Source of the DNA: Octopus sinensis
Lineage: Eukaryota
DNA: 64,000 nt
Direction: 5' to 3'
NCBI RefSeq assembly: GCF_006345805.1
Contig: NC_042998.1
Location: 54,312,001-54,376,000 of the forward strand
The position numbers were made by a program, and so were the translations under genes. Under the pieces are notes generated by a model. The model was not told the origin of the DNA. It saw only the letters and a list, made by a program, of their open reading frames with translations, and searched no databases. Every line of letters begins with the position of its first letter. The first letter of the stretch is position 1. This document shows, piece by piece, positions 52,978-64,000 of this stretch.

Positions 52978-54017
52978 GCACATGTATATATCTTAAATAT
53001 ATATAAAAGAGAGTTTGTGCATGCATGTATGTGTGTGTGTGCTCCTTATGCATTCCAAAATCGAGTTACTGATTTTGACGTATGGGGTATCAAAAGATTC
53101 AGTAGGCTTTTGGCTACCAAATAAACTACATTTTTATTCACAAATTTGCATTACAAAAATATAACATTGCCATTTTTCTTCTAGTCACCTATTGTAAACA
53201 TTTTATATCACCGCCACAATGACAATGACGTCACATTTTCTATATGAGTGTGTTCACACATTCATTACCTACGTTAGGTCGATGACTCACAAGTATATGT
53301 GTATGATGGTGAAGGTGTCTGTCAGTATACAAACATTCTTGTGACAACTGACACACACGGGGATAGAGATAGGCTTCAGGTGAGCGTTAATATGTGTGTG
53401 TGTGTCTTAGTTTATGTATGTAAATTTCTCCTGCCCAACAGTGAAACTCGCCGATATTGAAAGTTTAGTTGCGGCCTGGATTTGATATGAACAAGAGCAT
53501 TCACTTTGAAGTACTACCAACATGAAGATATGGCTGATTTAACACCACTTACAATACTCACAAATATATCTAAAAGAAAAATGTTATTCTGGTTGTTATA
53601 ACAAATTCAGAAAATTGGCGAAGTAGAAAGCCTCAACGGCTCTTTTAATATAATTGCAGCAGTGTTATTCCACTCTTTCTAACCAGTTCCAAGATAATGT
53701 TTGTCTAACAGTCCTTATATTCTTCTTCATTGTATCAACGTCACACAACCTTTTTATTGCGTTTCTCAGTTTTTTTATTCTACAGCCTATGATGTTACAC
53801 AGTTCAAAAACAGCATCTTCCTTTTTATCCACTTCATTCAGCATTCGTTTCAAAATTGTAAAATAAATTATTTTGGTATGTAAAACTGAATTATGCCATC
53901 TGTATTTTCTTGGACTTTCCCTTTCTCCACAGTGATATTCAATCTTGAATTTTATAACATTTAGTACATGTTCCAAATAAATGTTGACTTCTGTACTTTG
54001 TTACATTGTTAACGCAT

Positions 54018-54199
54018 AGTAACTTTTGCTAAATTGGTGACTTTCCATTTTTTTTTATAGCATAACTATGCTACAGAAAGTATGTTTTGCACCTATATTG
54101 ACTACATTCAGTAACTTTTGCTAAATTGGTGATTTTTCCATTTTTTTATAGCATAACTATGCTACAGAAAGTATGCTTTTCACCTATATTAACTACATT
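54018..54199. repeat. Tandem duplication of a ~92-bp unit
   Basis: agtaacttttgctaaattggtga...cacctatatt(g/a)actacatt occurs twice in direct succession. Confidence 0.9.
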
Positions 54200-54314
54200 T
54201 CATTTCGTTTGAACTTCGTACATATACATTTTGCTGTACATCTCTTTCAGTTTCTACTCTCGTCAATTCTATGAGTGTGTTTCTGCATTCCTTATGTCTA
54301 TAGTAAACTATAGT

Positions 54315-54655
54315 AAAGAACATTTTATGCTGTTTTAATGAGCCCACATCTAATGAAGTAGCCATCCTTATGGTTGATGATCCCCATGAAAATCATGATA
54401 TTCTCATTCGTGCTCAAGATAACAACCTTAAATGTGTTTCACTGACTCATCTCCCTTATCATACTGTTTGGTATACTCTTATTCTGTGGAATGGACAAGA
54501 TGGGTATCATTTCAATATTCCACAGATTGGACCTGCAACAGGATAGCCTATTACAAACAAAAAGGTGTCATCAAATGACTTCCACTCTTACCAACTGATG
54601 TTAAGACCAGGACAATCAAATCAATTACACTTATCAAATAAACTTTATTTTCATT
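54315..54655 (+). pseudogene. Helitron Rep/helicase N-terminal fragment
   Basis: Translation FNEPTSNEVAILMVDDPHENHDILIRAQDNNLKCVSLTHLPYHTVWYTLILWNGQDGYHFNIPQIGPATG*PITNKKVSSNDFHSYQLMLR matches the Helitron pattern FNAP...EVA...RDI...H..YD.LQYP..F..G.DGY...KKVS...YYSY.LM.R. TAG at 54544. Confidence 0.82.
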
Positions 54656-56029
54656 TACATATTTTCTACATTGTCTCAACAACCAGCTATAGTTATTTCA
54701 AATACATTTCTCTACAATGATAAGGCTTCATTAGAAAATGAAAACGGTTTCACACTTTCAATTTCAACCAAAATTATAAACGGATGCATTATGAGAGTGA
54801 CAGTGTATAAATAATCAAAGTAATGTTTCTCCGAATCTGTATTGTAATAAAGAAAGCTGCTTATTATCTGTCTACCAAATAAACTATGTTTTTGACTCAA
54901 CAACTCTTTTTTGCAACTAAAATAATGTTGGCAACTATGTTGGATCACACAATTTTCAGGTCATATTTGGACAATATTTTGATTTGCTTCCGATATTTCA
55001 CTTTCGTCTGATGTTTCAAGCATGCATAGAATTGTACTCAGACAAACATTTATGAAAATGTACACATAAATATTGTATTAAAATAAGCCACAACCCAAAA
55101 AATTGCATCAAAAGACACCCATTTTTCTAGGTGTTATGAGGAAATACAGCCTCTCTCTCTCTCTCATGAACAAAAAAGTTATATGCACGTGTATTTATAG
55201 GCGAAGGTCAAGAATATGCACACCCAGTGTTTAGGGTTAGGTTTGCGCGGAAAATGGGTAGTGTGCGTATTTTTTACCTCCACTATGTATGTGTGTATGA
55301 AAGATAATGTGTGTGTGTGAAAGAGAGAGAGAGAAAGCGAGCGAGTGAGTGCCACTTACACATACATGCAAAAAAAGGATACATCACAACAAACACCTTC
55401 ACTCGCCCTCTTTCTCTCTCTCTCTCTTTCACACACACACACACACACACATGTCTCTTTCACATACACATACATCTTACACTTTCTCTTCTCTTTTACT
55501 TTCTCCACTCACTTCAAAGCAAATGTCACCTTTTCACTTTATCCTCTCTTTCAATTTCTGCTCTCTTCAAAGCATACAGAAATTAACAAGCAATCACATG
55601 ATCTCATATATGTTGATTTGACAACTTTGCTTCTTCAGATGAAAGAATGCCATAAAATAACTTCCTTTGACACACATACACACATTCTAGGTAAAACTTC
55701 TGTGTGAATTATGTTATTTCTTGCAGTGTGCACATGCAAATTTACAGTTCAAATCCAATTGAAATTGTCTTTTGCTATTGTGTAATTTGTGTTTATGATG
55801 AGCATATTTAAAAACATGATCTTCAATATAAACTTAAAAGGAAGTCTTTTTCCTAAATTTCTTCTTATTCCTATGTTTGCGATACAGGAGAGTACGATTT
55901 CACCCATAAAATATGTTCTCAATATTTTAATTTTCTCCCCCTCCACACCCAATATATTTTCTACTTTTCACAAATTTTTATTCTTGGTAATACATGGAGA
56001 AAAAACAGTACAAATTTTAAAGAATTTTA

Positions 56030-56274
56030 CCCATCACCTCACCACATTCAAAAAGCTACACACTCCCAAAGTTTCACTTTTAGCTTTTTGGAAAATGGGG
56101 AAGTTTCTTCAGAAATAATGTTGTTTATCTGTTGTTTCTAGCATGTTAGGTTTCTGGTGGTGGTCTGGTATTTTTTAAGTCTACTATTTTAGTAGAATCT
56201 ACGCATGTGGGAAACATCAGCCAAAAGTGAAAAATTGGGAGATTTTAGCTTTTTGAAAGTTGGTAGGTGATGGG
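56030..56274. mobile_element. MITE-like imperfect inverted repeat
   Basis: About 52-bp arms at 56030-56081 and 56223-56274 (cccatcacct...ttcaaaaagcta...ctccca...tttcactttt), roughly 80% complementary. Confidence 0.55.
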
Positions 56275-56335
56275 TGGGTGAGGTGGAGGAAGGGGCACTG
56301 AGTGTCTTGTTAAGAAAAATTAAACTATAAAAGAA

Positions 56336-56397
<62 letters not shown>

Positions 56398-56399
56398 CA

Positions 56400-56477
56400 T
56401 CTAATATAGGATAAAATTTTCGAAAAAATTTTATCCTATATACCTTTAAAGTTTAATTTTATCAATTTTATAAGTTG

Positions 56478-56514
<37 letters not shown>

Positions 56515-56875
56515 AAATTCATAAACTCAATATTTTTCTAATATAAATAACAAAAAGAAATTTGAAATAAAAGTTACAGATTAAGAAATTATGGTGGGGA
56601 TAGGGGGAAATTTACATATTGAAAACATGATGTCTGGACAAAATCATATTAACCCCCTTTATACGATGAAACAATACATAGTTTCTGATCCTTCTTGAGA
56701 ACAGAAAGCACTTTCATGTAAATTGTACCCCTACTCTTCATTATTAAACAAACAATAACTTCCATTACTCCATTAACTATAAATCAGCTGTGCTGATTCT
56801 TCCCATAAGAAAGGACCAAATAATACAATGTCCTTGTAGGTCATAACATCTGGGCAACGCCAGGATGCATTGCTA

Positions 56876-56876
<1 letters not shown>
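56400..56876 (+). mobile_element. Non-autonomous Helitron
   Basis: A|TC 5' end at 56400. The 3' end gggcaacgccagg...gCTAG|T at 56876 is typical of Helitron termini. Inserted in a (TA)n tract. Confidence 0.7.
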
Positions 56877-56928
<52 letters not shown>

Positions 56929-57869
56929 ATATATATATTGTAAAATGAGATAGACGGCAGGAGAGAGGGGGGAGAGTTTCTCAATGTACATATTTTCTTT
57001 TAAAAGGAGATTAGTTAGAAGTAACTTAAGTAAAAAGGAATGATTACTTTGGAAAGAATCAGTAAATTCATTTGTCTAATTGATAAGATATTTATTCAGA
57101 TAATTTGTGGAACTGATTTTCTTATCTTTATCCAGGAATAATTGTCCCTGAGATAACCGAAATGTCTAAAAATCTGGAAGGTTCCTTCCTAGCTGATACT
57201 CAATCAAATCTATACAGTAATTCATCTGACCTCCAAATGTTTGGCATGAATCAGAAGAAAGAATTATTGAAATGCAATCAGATCAAGTCAGTGCTTTTAT
57301 TCAAAACTGTGGGACATGGGAGAGCAGGAAGCAGCAAGAGGAGAAGGGTGGAGTGAAGAAAAAACAGAAAATAAAGAAAATCAATAAGAAACAATCACAA
57401 AATAGTAATAGTAGTACTACTACTAATAATAATAATGATAATAATTGCAATAAAAAACAATACATTCCTCTGATGAATTTAGCAATGAATCATTTAATCT
57501 AACAAGCGAAGAGGTCTTTAGGGGGCAAAAAAGAAATGTATGTAAAAAAAAAAATTCCCTTATGATTAGCAACTGATTAGCAGAAATGGGAGAATGATTC
57601 TTGATAATGAAAAAATGGGGGGTGGGGGAACATTTCTTTTGGAAAGCTAAGTACATATAAATAAATAAGTACATATATCATGGTAGCCATTCAGCTGTGC
57701 AAAATGTCATTTCGGCTATCAGAAATAACAGCAGCATATCGAATCTATACTGTATCAGAATCATGCTCAACTGATTTATAAAGGCTCATATAAAGTGTAT
57801 GAAAGGTCTAGGATACTAAAATAAGACAAATGTGTTTGTATAAATGACAGTATACACATATATGAGTAC

Positions 57870-57911
<42 letters not shown>

Positions 57912-57917
57912 ACACAC

Positions 57918-58135
57918 ATCATCATCATCATCATCATCATTTAGCGTCCGTTTTCCATGCTAGCATGGGTTGGACGGTTCTACTGGGGTCTGTGAAGCCA
58001 GAAGGCTTCATCAGGCCCAGTCAAATCTGGCAGTGTTTCTACGGCTGGATGCCCTTCCTAACGCCAACCACTGCGTGAGTGTAGTGGGTGCTTTTTACGT
58101 GCCACCCGCACTGGTGCCAGACAGAGCTGGCACCA
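57918..58135 (-). mobile_element. Repeat family D
   Basis: Same structure as 26115-26350. Confidence 0.82.
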
Positions 58136-58535
58136 AATTTTAACAATGTGATTATTTATTTTCAGAATAAATTCAGGTGTGAGAGGCTGGATCTGGCTGG
58201 TTTGGACATAAAGCAGGTAGAATATATGGGTGAGATCTGGCTATTTGAAATGCCAAAGGGTTGTTGTTTTTGTTTAACTCGAGATAATCCTGATCAAAAA
58301 GAACAATAAGATCAATAACCAAAAGCTTTCCCACTTTGACTATCCCCTCCACCATTGTATTTTTAAGAATGTTTCTTGGACTAAGTTTTCCAATGTATCC
58401 TTCACATTCTTCTGATGACTAGGTGCAATATAAAGGGAAATTTGGCTGCTATTTCTTACTAGTTGAATAATCATGTAGAGAGATTCTATTGTGGTTTTTT
58501 ATAAATCAGGATTATTACCATGGAGTGTGTGTGTG

Positions 58536-58574
<39 letters not shown>

Positions 58575-59354
58575 GTGTGTGTGTGCATGGGAAAATACAG
58601 AGGTGAAACCACATACAAGCCAGGATATGAATATACATGGAAACAGATATCAGCTGGAGTGCTTGTCTATTTATGTCATGTTAGTGTGTTATTCAGTGGA
58701 ACAGTGAAACACTCAGTTATTCTTTTAAGCAACTAATTCTCTCCCTCCATAGCTAACACCTCTACTAACACACACACACAGACCCAAATACATAAGCACA
58801 CAAGTATACATACATAAAGTGTTGGAGAAATAATCACTCAAGCAAAGAGCAATTTATCCACCTTGCTGGCTGTTTATGGTGTCATATGTTGGTAAGCATC
58901 ATGAACACTACAATTAATTAAAATAGCCTACTATGTATTAACACCTGTTAGGAGAAGAGCACTAATTCCTTTAAGCTTGTCACTACTAATTAGCTTCCAA
59001 AGAGTTCACCATTCTGTTAAAAGACTCCTTCGTTTAGTGAGATGCAATCAGCTAAATGGCCTTCCGATGATAACACTGCCAGTAGTCACAGCAAATTTCT
59101 AAGAATCTTGATCAATGCATTCAGAGAAATAAAGTTCTGAGAATGTATATAGATATATGCTAAACTTCCAGTGAAAAACTATAACACCACACATGCATAC
59201 CTATATGGATAAAATGTGAACTTCCCAATTGTGTGGCTTCTAAGTTTAGCTCCATTGTGCAGCATCTTGGACAACTGCCTCCTATCTTCTACGATATCAT
59301 TGGGTCCACCAGAACCTTGTGAGGGGATCTGATGGCTGGAAACATAAAGCTAGT

Positions 59355-59400
<46 letters not shown>

Positions 59401-59402
<2 letters not shown>

Positions 59403-59726
59403 AGGCGCATGGCTCAGTGGTTAGAGTGTCAAGCTTATGATTGTAAGGTTGTGAGTTTGAATCCCCGGACCGGACTGCGTGTTGTGTTCTTCAGCAAGAC
59501 ACTTTATTTCATGTTGCTCTACTTCACTCAGCTGTAGAAATGAGTTGCGATGTCACAGGTGTCAAGTTGTATCGGCCTTTGCCTTTCCCTTAGATAACAC
59601 TGGTGGCATGGAGAGAGGAGGCCAGTATGCATGGGCGACTGCTGGTCTTCTATAAACAACTTGTGCCTGGGAGGGTAACTTTCTAGGTGCAATCCCATGG
59701 TCAGCCATGACCAAAGGAGGTCTCAG

Positions 59727-59727
<1 letters not shown>
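59401..59727 (+). mobile_element. SINE family C, in a (TA)n tract
   Basis: gaaggcgcatggctcagtggttagag head. Homologous to 26940-27280, 17085-17400, 23221-23540 and 46085-46332. Confidence 0.85.
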
Positions 59728-59767
<40 letters not shown>

Positions 59768-59830
59768 TTATCGTCTTCCATGCTGGCATTGCTTGGACGA
59801 ATATATATAAATATATATATAAATATGTAT

Positions 59831-60428
59831 ATGTATATGGTGTGTTATGAGAATTTATGGAAAGGTATCCACTAGAAACTCAACAAGTATGTTAAAAAAT
59901 GGAGAAGAGTAAATGTTGAAATATAAGAGAATTTTAATACATGCATACGATCATTTCAAACAGCGATATTAACATGTAAATAACATGGTAGAATAATTAA
60001 AATTAATTTGATTAAATTAACTTAATTACATATCACTGTTCTCGTCAATGCAAAAAGTATACAACAGGAATTATTACTATTACAGGAAGACTTGATGAAG
60101 GAAATGGCAGGTAACAAAAATTTGGATAAACATATTTAATCCTTATGGAAAATTGAGAGCATACTAAAGAATGTTGTTGAGCCTAGAGTAATTCCTATTG
60201 TATACTTTTTGCACTGACAAGAGCAGTGATATATAATTAATTTAATTTAATCAAATTAATTTTAATCATTCTTCCATGTTATTTACATGTTAATATCACT
60301 GTTCAAAATGATCATATGCATGTATTGAAATTCTTTTATATTTCAACATCTCTTCTCCATTTTTTAACATACTTGTTGAGTTTCTATGGGATACCTTTCC
60401 ATAGATTCCCATAACACACCATATACAT
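59831..60428. mobile_element. Fold-back MITE with ~240-bp terminal inverted repeats
   Basis: Arms 59831-60073 and 60189-60428 are about 90% reverse-complementary, with a ~115-bp spacer and TA-rich flanks. Confidence 0.85.
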
Positions 60429-60574
60429 GTATCAATAATTTCATATTCACAAAAATCTTATGCCAGTAAGTTACCAGCAAAATATGAAGAATCTTTGCTA
60501 GAAAATTGTTCTTTGGAACCCTCCAAAGTAAAGGATGAATTAAAATTCAACCTCTCCACACACACATTATATAG

Positions 60575-60620
<46 letters not shown>

Positions 60621-61128
60621 TTATGGTTGTGCTGTTAAGAAGCCTACATTGTAACCAAGTGATTTCTGGATCGATTCCTCTGTGCAACACCCTCTGTGGG
60701 TAGATATCTTCCACTAAAGCTGCATGCAGGCCAACAACTTGTGAATTGGGTCAATAAAGCCTGTGTAAAAGCCTGTTGTGTGTGTGTGTATATATATTAT
60801 ATACACATACATACATATATATATGAATATATATATATACAATACATATATATATATAAACACACACACATATACATACAGACAGACAGGTAGGCAAGCA
60901 GACAGACAGACAGACATGTAAATAGGATCCGGGAATCCAAATGTAGGCAGTTTATAAGCTTCAAGCAGTTGTGGTTGGTATAGAGAACAAAACAAGAGAG
61001 TATGTGACAAGACACAATAACAAGTTATTGGCATTGAGAGTTACACACTTTTACCCATTTCAAAGTTGTGAAGAAATTCAATAAGCCAATAGTTTCTAAT
61101 AGCTCACAAAATTAGCAATTAAAGCTGC

Positions 61129-61168
<40 letters not shown>

Positions 61169-62029
61169 TGTTTATGTACAAGGCATTTTCCATTTTAAAA
61201 ATATACTTATCAAATAAATGAATTTATTATAATTTTTTTTTTTATAATATTTTGAAAACATACTAAGATGAATATAAAGTGCTCCAGGAAAGTTTAAAAC
61301 TCTCCTGAGAGTTTTACAGAATTTAGCTAAAAAAAACCACTAATCTGGTGTTTTTAAGACTTGCTATTGACAGCTATGGCCAACAATGCAGCAGAGAATA
61401 ACAGCTCATTAAAATATTCATGGAAGGAAAGCATTTTACATAGATTACATGTGTTGGTGTGATGGCTATTAATATTACTTAGTGAATTTCTGGTAAAATG
61501 GATAGTCAATTATCAGATTACCTATCTCATTAAATGGAGAATATTTCCCTGAAGGAGTATTGTTTATTAGAAAACAGGAAAGAAGGAAAACATACAAGAA
61601 ATTCTTCTATATTTTTCCTGGAGGAAGAACTGAAGAAACTAAGCAAATTAGCAGAGAAGAAAGGCATTTTGAGAAAGATATGCACACACAAACATACACA
61701 AGTATACAGTATTGTATGCGATATGGTGATTAGGTTTTTCATAAATATTTTGGCTTCTTCGTTTAAAGAGATTCGGGGAGATTTTTCATTTTTGTTTATC
61801 GTTGAACTGCTTATTTCTGTTTATTTTTTACCTTCTATGTTGTAATACATACAGGATATAATTAAGTTTTAATATTTATGTTAACAGAGGCAGCAAGTTA
61901 TTATAAACAGCTTGGTAAAATATCATATAATATTCAGTTTTGCTTTACTACAGATTAACTTCAAATTTAGCTGACAAAGTGCTTTGTTATCATTTCCTTT
62001 ATGCATGTTTAAATTTTAATCAATAATAA

Positions 62030-62350
62030 AAGGCACCTGTGCTGGTGACACATAAATAGCACCTTTGCTAGTGACACGTTTAAGTCACCTGCACCTTTGT
62101 GCAGGTGACTTAAACATGTCACAAGCACCTTTGTTCAGGTGACACATAGAAGGCAACCATGCCAGTGAAACATAAGAGGCACCCATGCTGGTGACACATA
62201 GAAAGCACCCAGTACACTCTGTAGACTGGTTGGCATCAGGAAGAGCATCAAGCTTCAGAAACCAAGCCAAAACAAATGACCAGAGCCTGGTGCAGCTCTC
62301 AAGCTTACCAGCTCCGGCCAAACCATTTGATGATAAACCAGTCAATCACA
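62030..62350 (+). mobile_element. Repeat family D with expanded internal ~27-bp tandem modules
   Basis: About six gcacc...gtgacacata.aa modules precede the family D body. Confidence 0.75.
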
Positions 62351-62359
62351 ATGGAGATG

Positions 62360-64000
62360 CAGCATGATTAAAGAAAGTGAGAGAAGAAGTAGTGAGTGAG
62401 TGAATGAGTGAGTGAGAAGCAGCCAGATTTAAGATTAACTAGTGCATTCATGAGTAAAGCGTTAGGGAAAATGGAAGATTGGAAGGGTCCAGTATCAGAT
62501 TTAGCTCAAGGGTACTGGCTAACGAAATTCAGTAGGTTACATAGGAGGATGAGGCAACAACTTTAGGATTGCCTTAATGGAAGAATAATACCAGACGGGA
62601 TGATTAGAGGGAGGATAATACTCATTATGAAGGATAAGAGCAAGGGTAGTACAGCTAGCAACTATAGACCAATCACTTGCTTACCATTAGTGTAGTAACT
62701 GTTAACAGGAATGCTTTCAGAAAGCATTTACGAGCACCATGACAATCAGAATTTATTACCAGAAGAACAGAAAGGTTGCAGGAAGAAGGCTAGAGGAACA
62801 TATGATCTGTTATATATAGACAAAGCAGTTCTAAATGAAGTAAAAGCTAGAAAGAAAAATCTAACAATAGCATGGATAGATAATAGGAAAGCCTATGACA
62901 TGATCCCACACTCATGGATAAGTGAATGTTTGAGTATATTCAGTATAGCAGACAACATAAGAGAACTAATTAGCTCTAGCATGAAAAAATGGAAAGTAGA
63001 TCTATACTCAGGTGGCACATTTTTAGGGAAATTTAATATCAAAACAGGAATTTTCCCAGGGGGGATTCGCTGTCCCCTGTAATATTTGTTCTTTGTTTGA
63101 TCCCCCTCTGTTTAGTATTAAGGAAGGCAAGGGCGGGACATCATTTCAGAAATAGTCATGGAAAATTTAACCATTTGCTCTACATGGATGATCTGAAGCT
63201 TTTTAGTAAAAATGAAAATGAGATAGATTCCTTAATGTAAACTGTAAGACTCTTCAGCAAAGATATAGGCGTTGAATTTGGCATAGATAAGTGTGCAATA
63301 TTAGTCATGAGAAGGGGACAGGTAGTCAACAGTGAAGGTATCAAATTACCAGATGGCCAGATATTAAAATCATTGAAAGGAGGAGAGAGTTATAAGTATT
63401 TAGGAGTATTAGAATCTAACAGAGTACTAACTACAGCAATGAAAGCAAAAATTGAGGAGTACATCAGAAGGGTACGCAAGCTAATGAAGTCAAAGCTAAA
63501 TGGTTCGAATTTAGTGAAGGCTGTAAATATTTGGGCAGTATCATTACTTAGATACTCAGCAAGTTTTGTAGATTGGACAAAAACTGAATTAGCAAAGCTA
63601 TACAGAAGAACTAGGAAAGAATTCAATATGAATGGAGGACCCCACCCAAGGGCAGGAGTAGCAAGATTATACCTACATAAAAAGGAAGGTGGAAGAGGGT
63701 TAATATCACTGGAAAACCGCGTGGAGTTAGCTAGAGTAGATATAGAGTCCTATGTAACTAATAGTGAAGAAAGTTTATTAAAAGCTGCTAGAGTCAGAGC
63801 AAAGCACAGGGAAACCAAAACACCAAACGAACTTAAAAACCAGATAAAAGAACAGAAAATATCTGACTGGCATGAGAAGGCGTTGCATGGTAGATTCCCA
63901 AAGATAGTTTCAGCAAATAGTAGTAGTGCAGATGGGAGAGCTGAAGAGGGAAACAGAAAGTTTGTTAGTAGCTGCACAAGATCAAGCATTAAGGACTAAT
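62360..64000 (+). mobile_element. 5'-truncated, decayed R4/Dong-like LINE RT, running off the window end
   Basis: NYRPITCL, LPEEQKGC, AWIDNRKAYDMIPHSW, HLLYMDDLKLF, YKYLGVLE, HPRAGVARLYLHKKEGGRGL, with stops and frameshifts. Confidence 0.82.

Overview
AT-rich eukaryotic genomic DNA dense in microsatellites, most consistent with an octopus genome (inferred from the SINE families and the (TA)n/(CA)n/(CAT)n load). It appears to be largely intronic. The only host coding sequence I can support is one 173-nt minus-strand exon (18147-18319) resembling KATNIP/KIAA0556. The main feature is a near full-length CR1/L2-group LINE (~7790-12933). It has an intact ORF1 (Myb/SANT-like trihelix plus CCCH zinc finger), an APE-RT ORF2 with few lesions and an (ATCA)n tail, and lies directly behind a 1.15-kb AT-rich array built on a 16-bp register. 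The LINE 3' UTR shares a 20-nt block and a covarying terminal stem-loop with the most abundant tRNA-headed SINE in the window, which suggests a LINE-SINE partner pair. Also present: five decayed mariner copies, RTE, CR1-like and R4/Dong LINE fragments, Helitron pieces, several MITEs, a tRNA-Leu pseudogene, four SINE families and several perfect fold-back duplications. Nearly all short ORFs in the supplied track are translations of microsatellites or repeats. No database searches were run; family assignments come from motifs I recognise.
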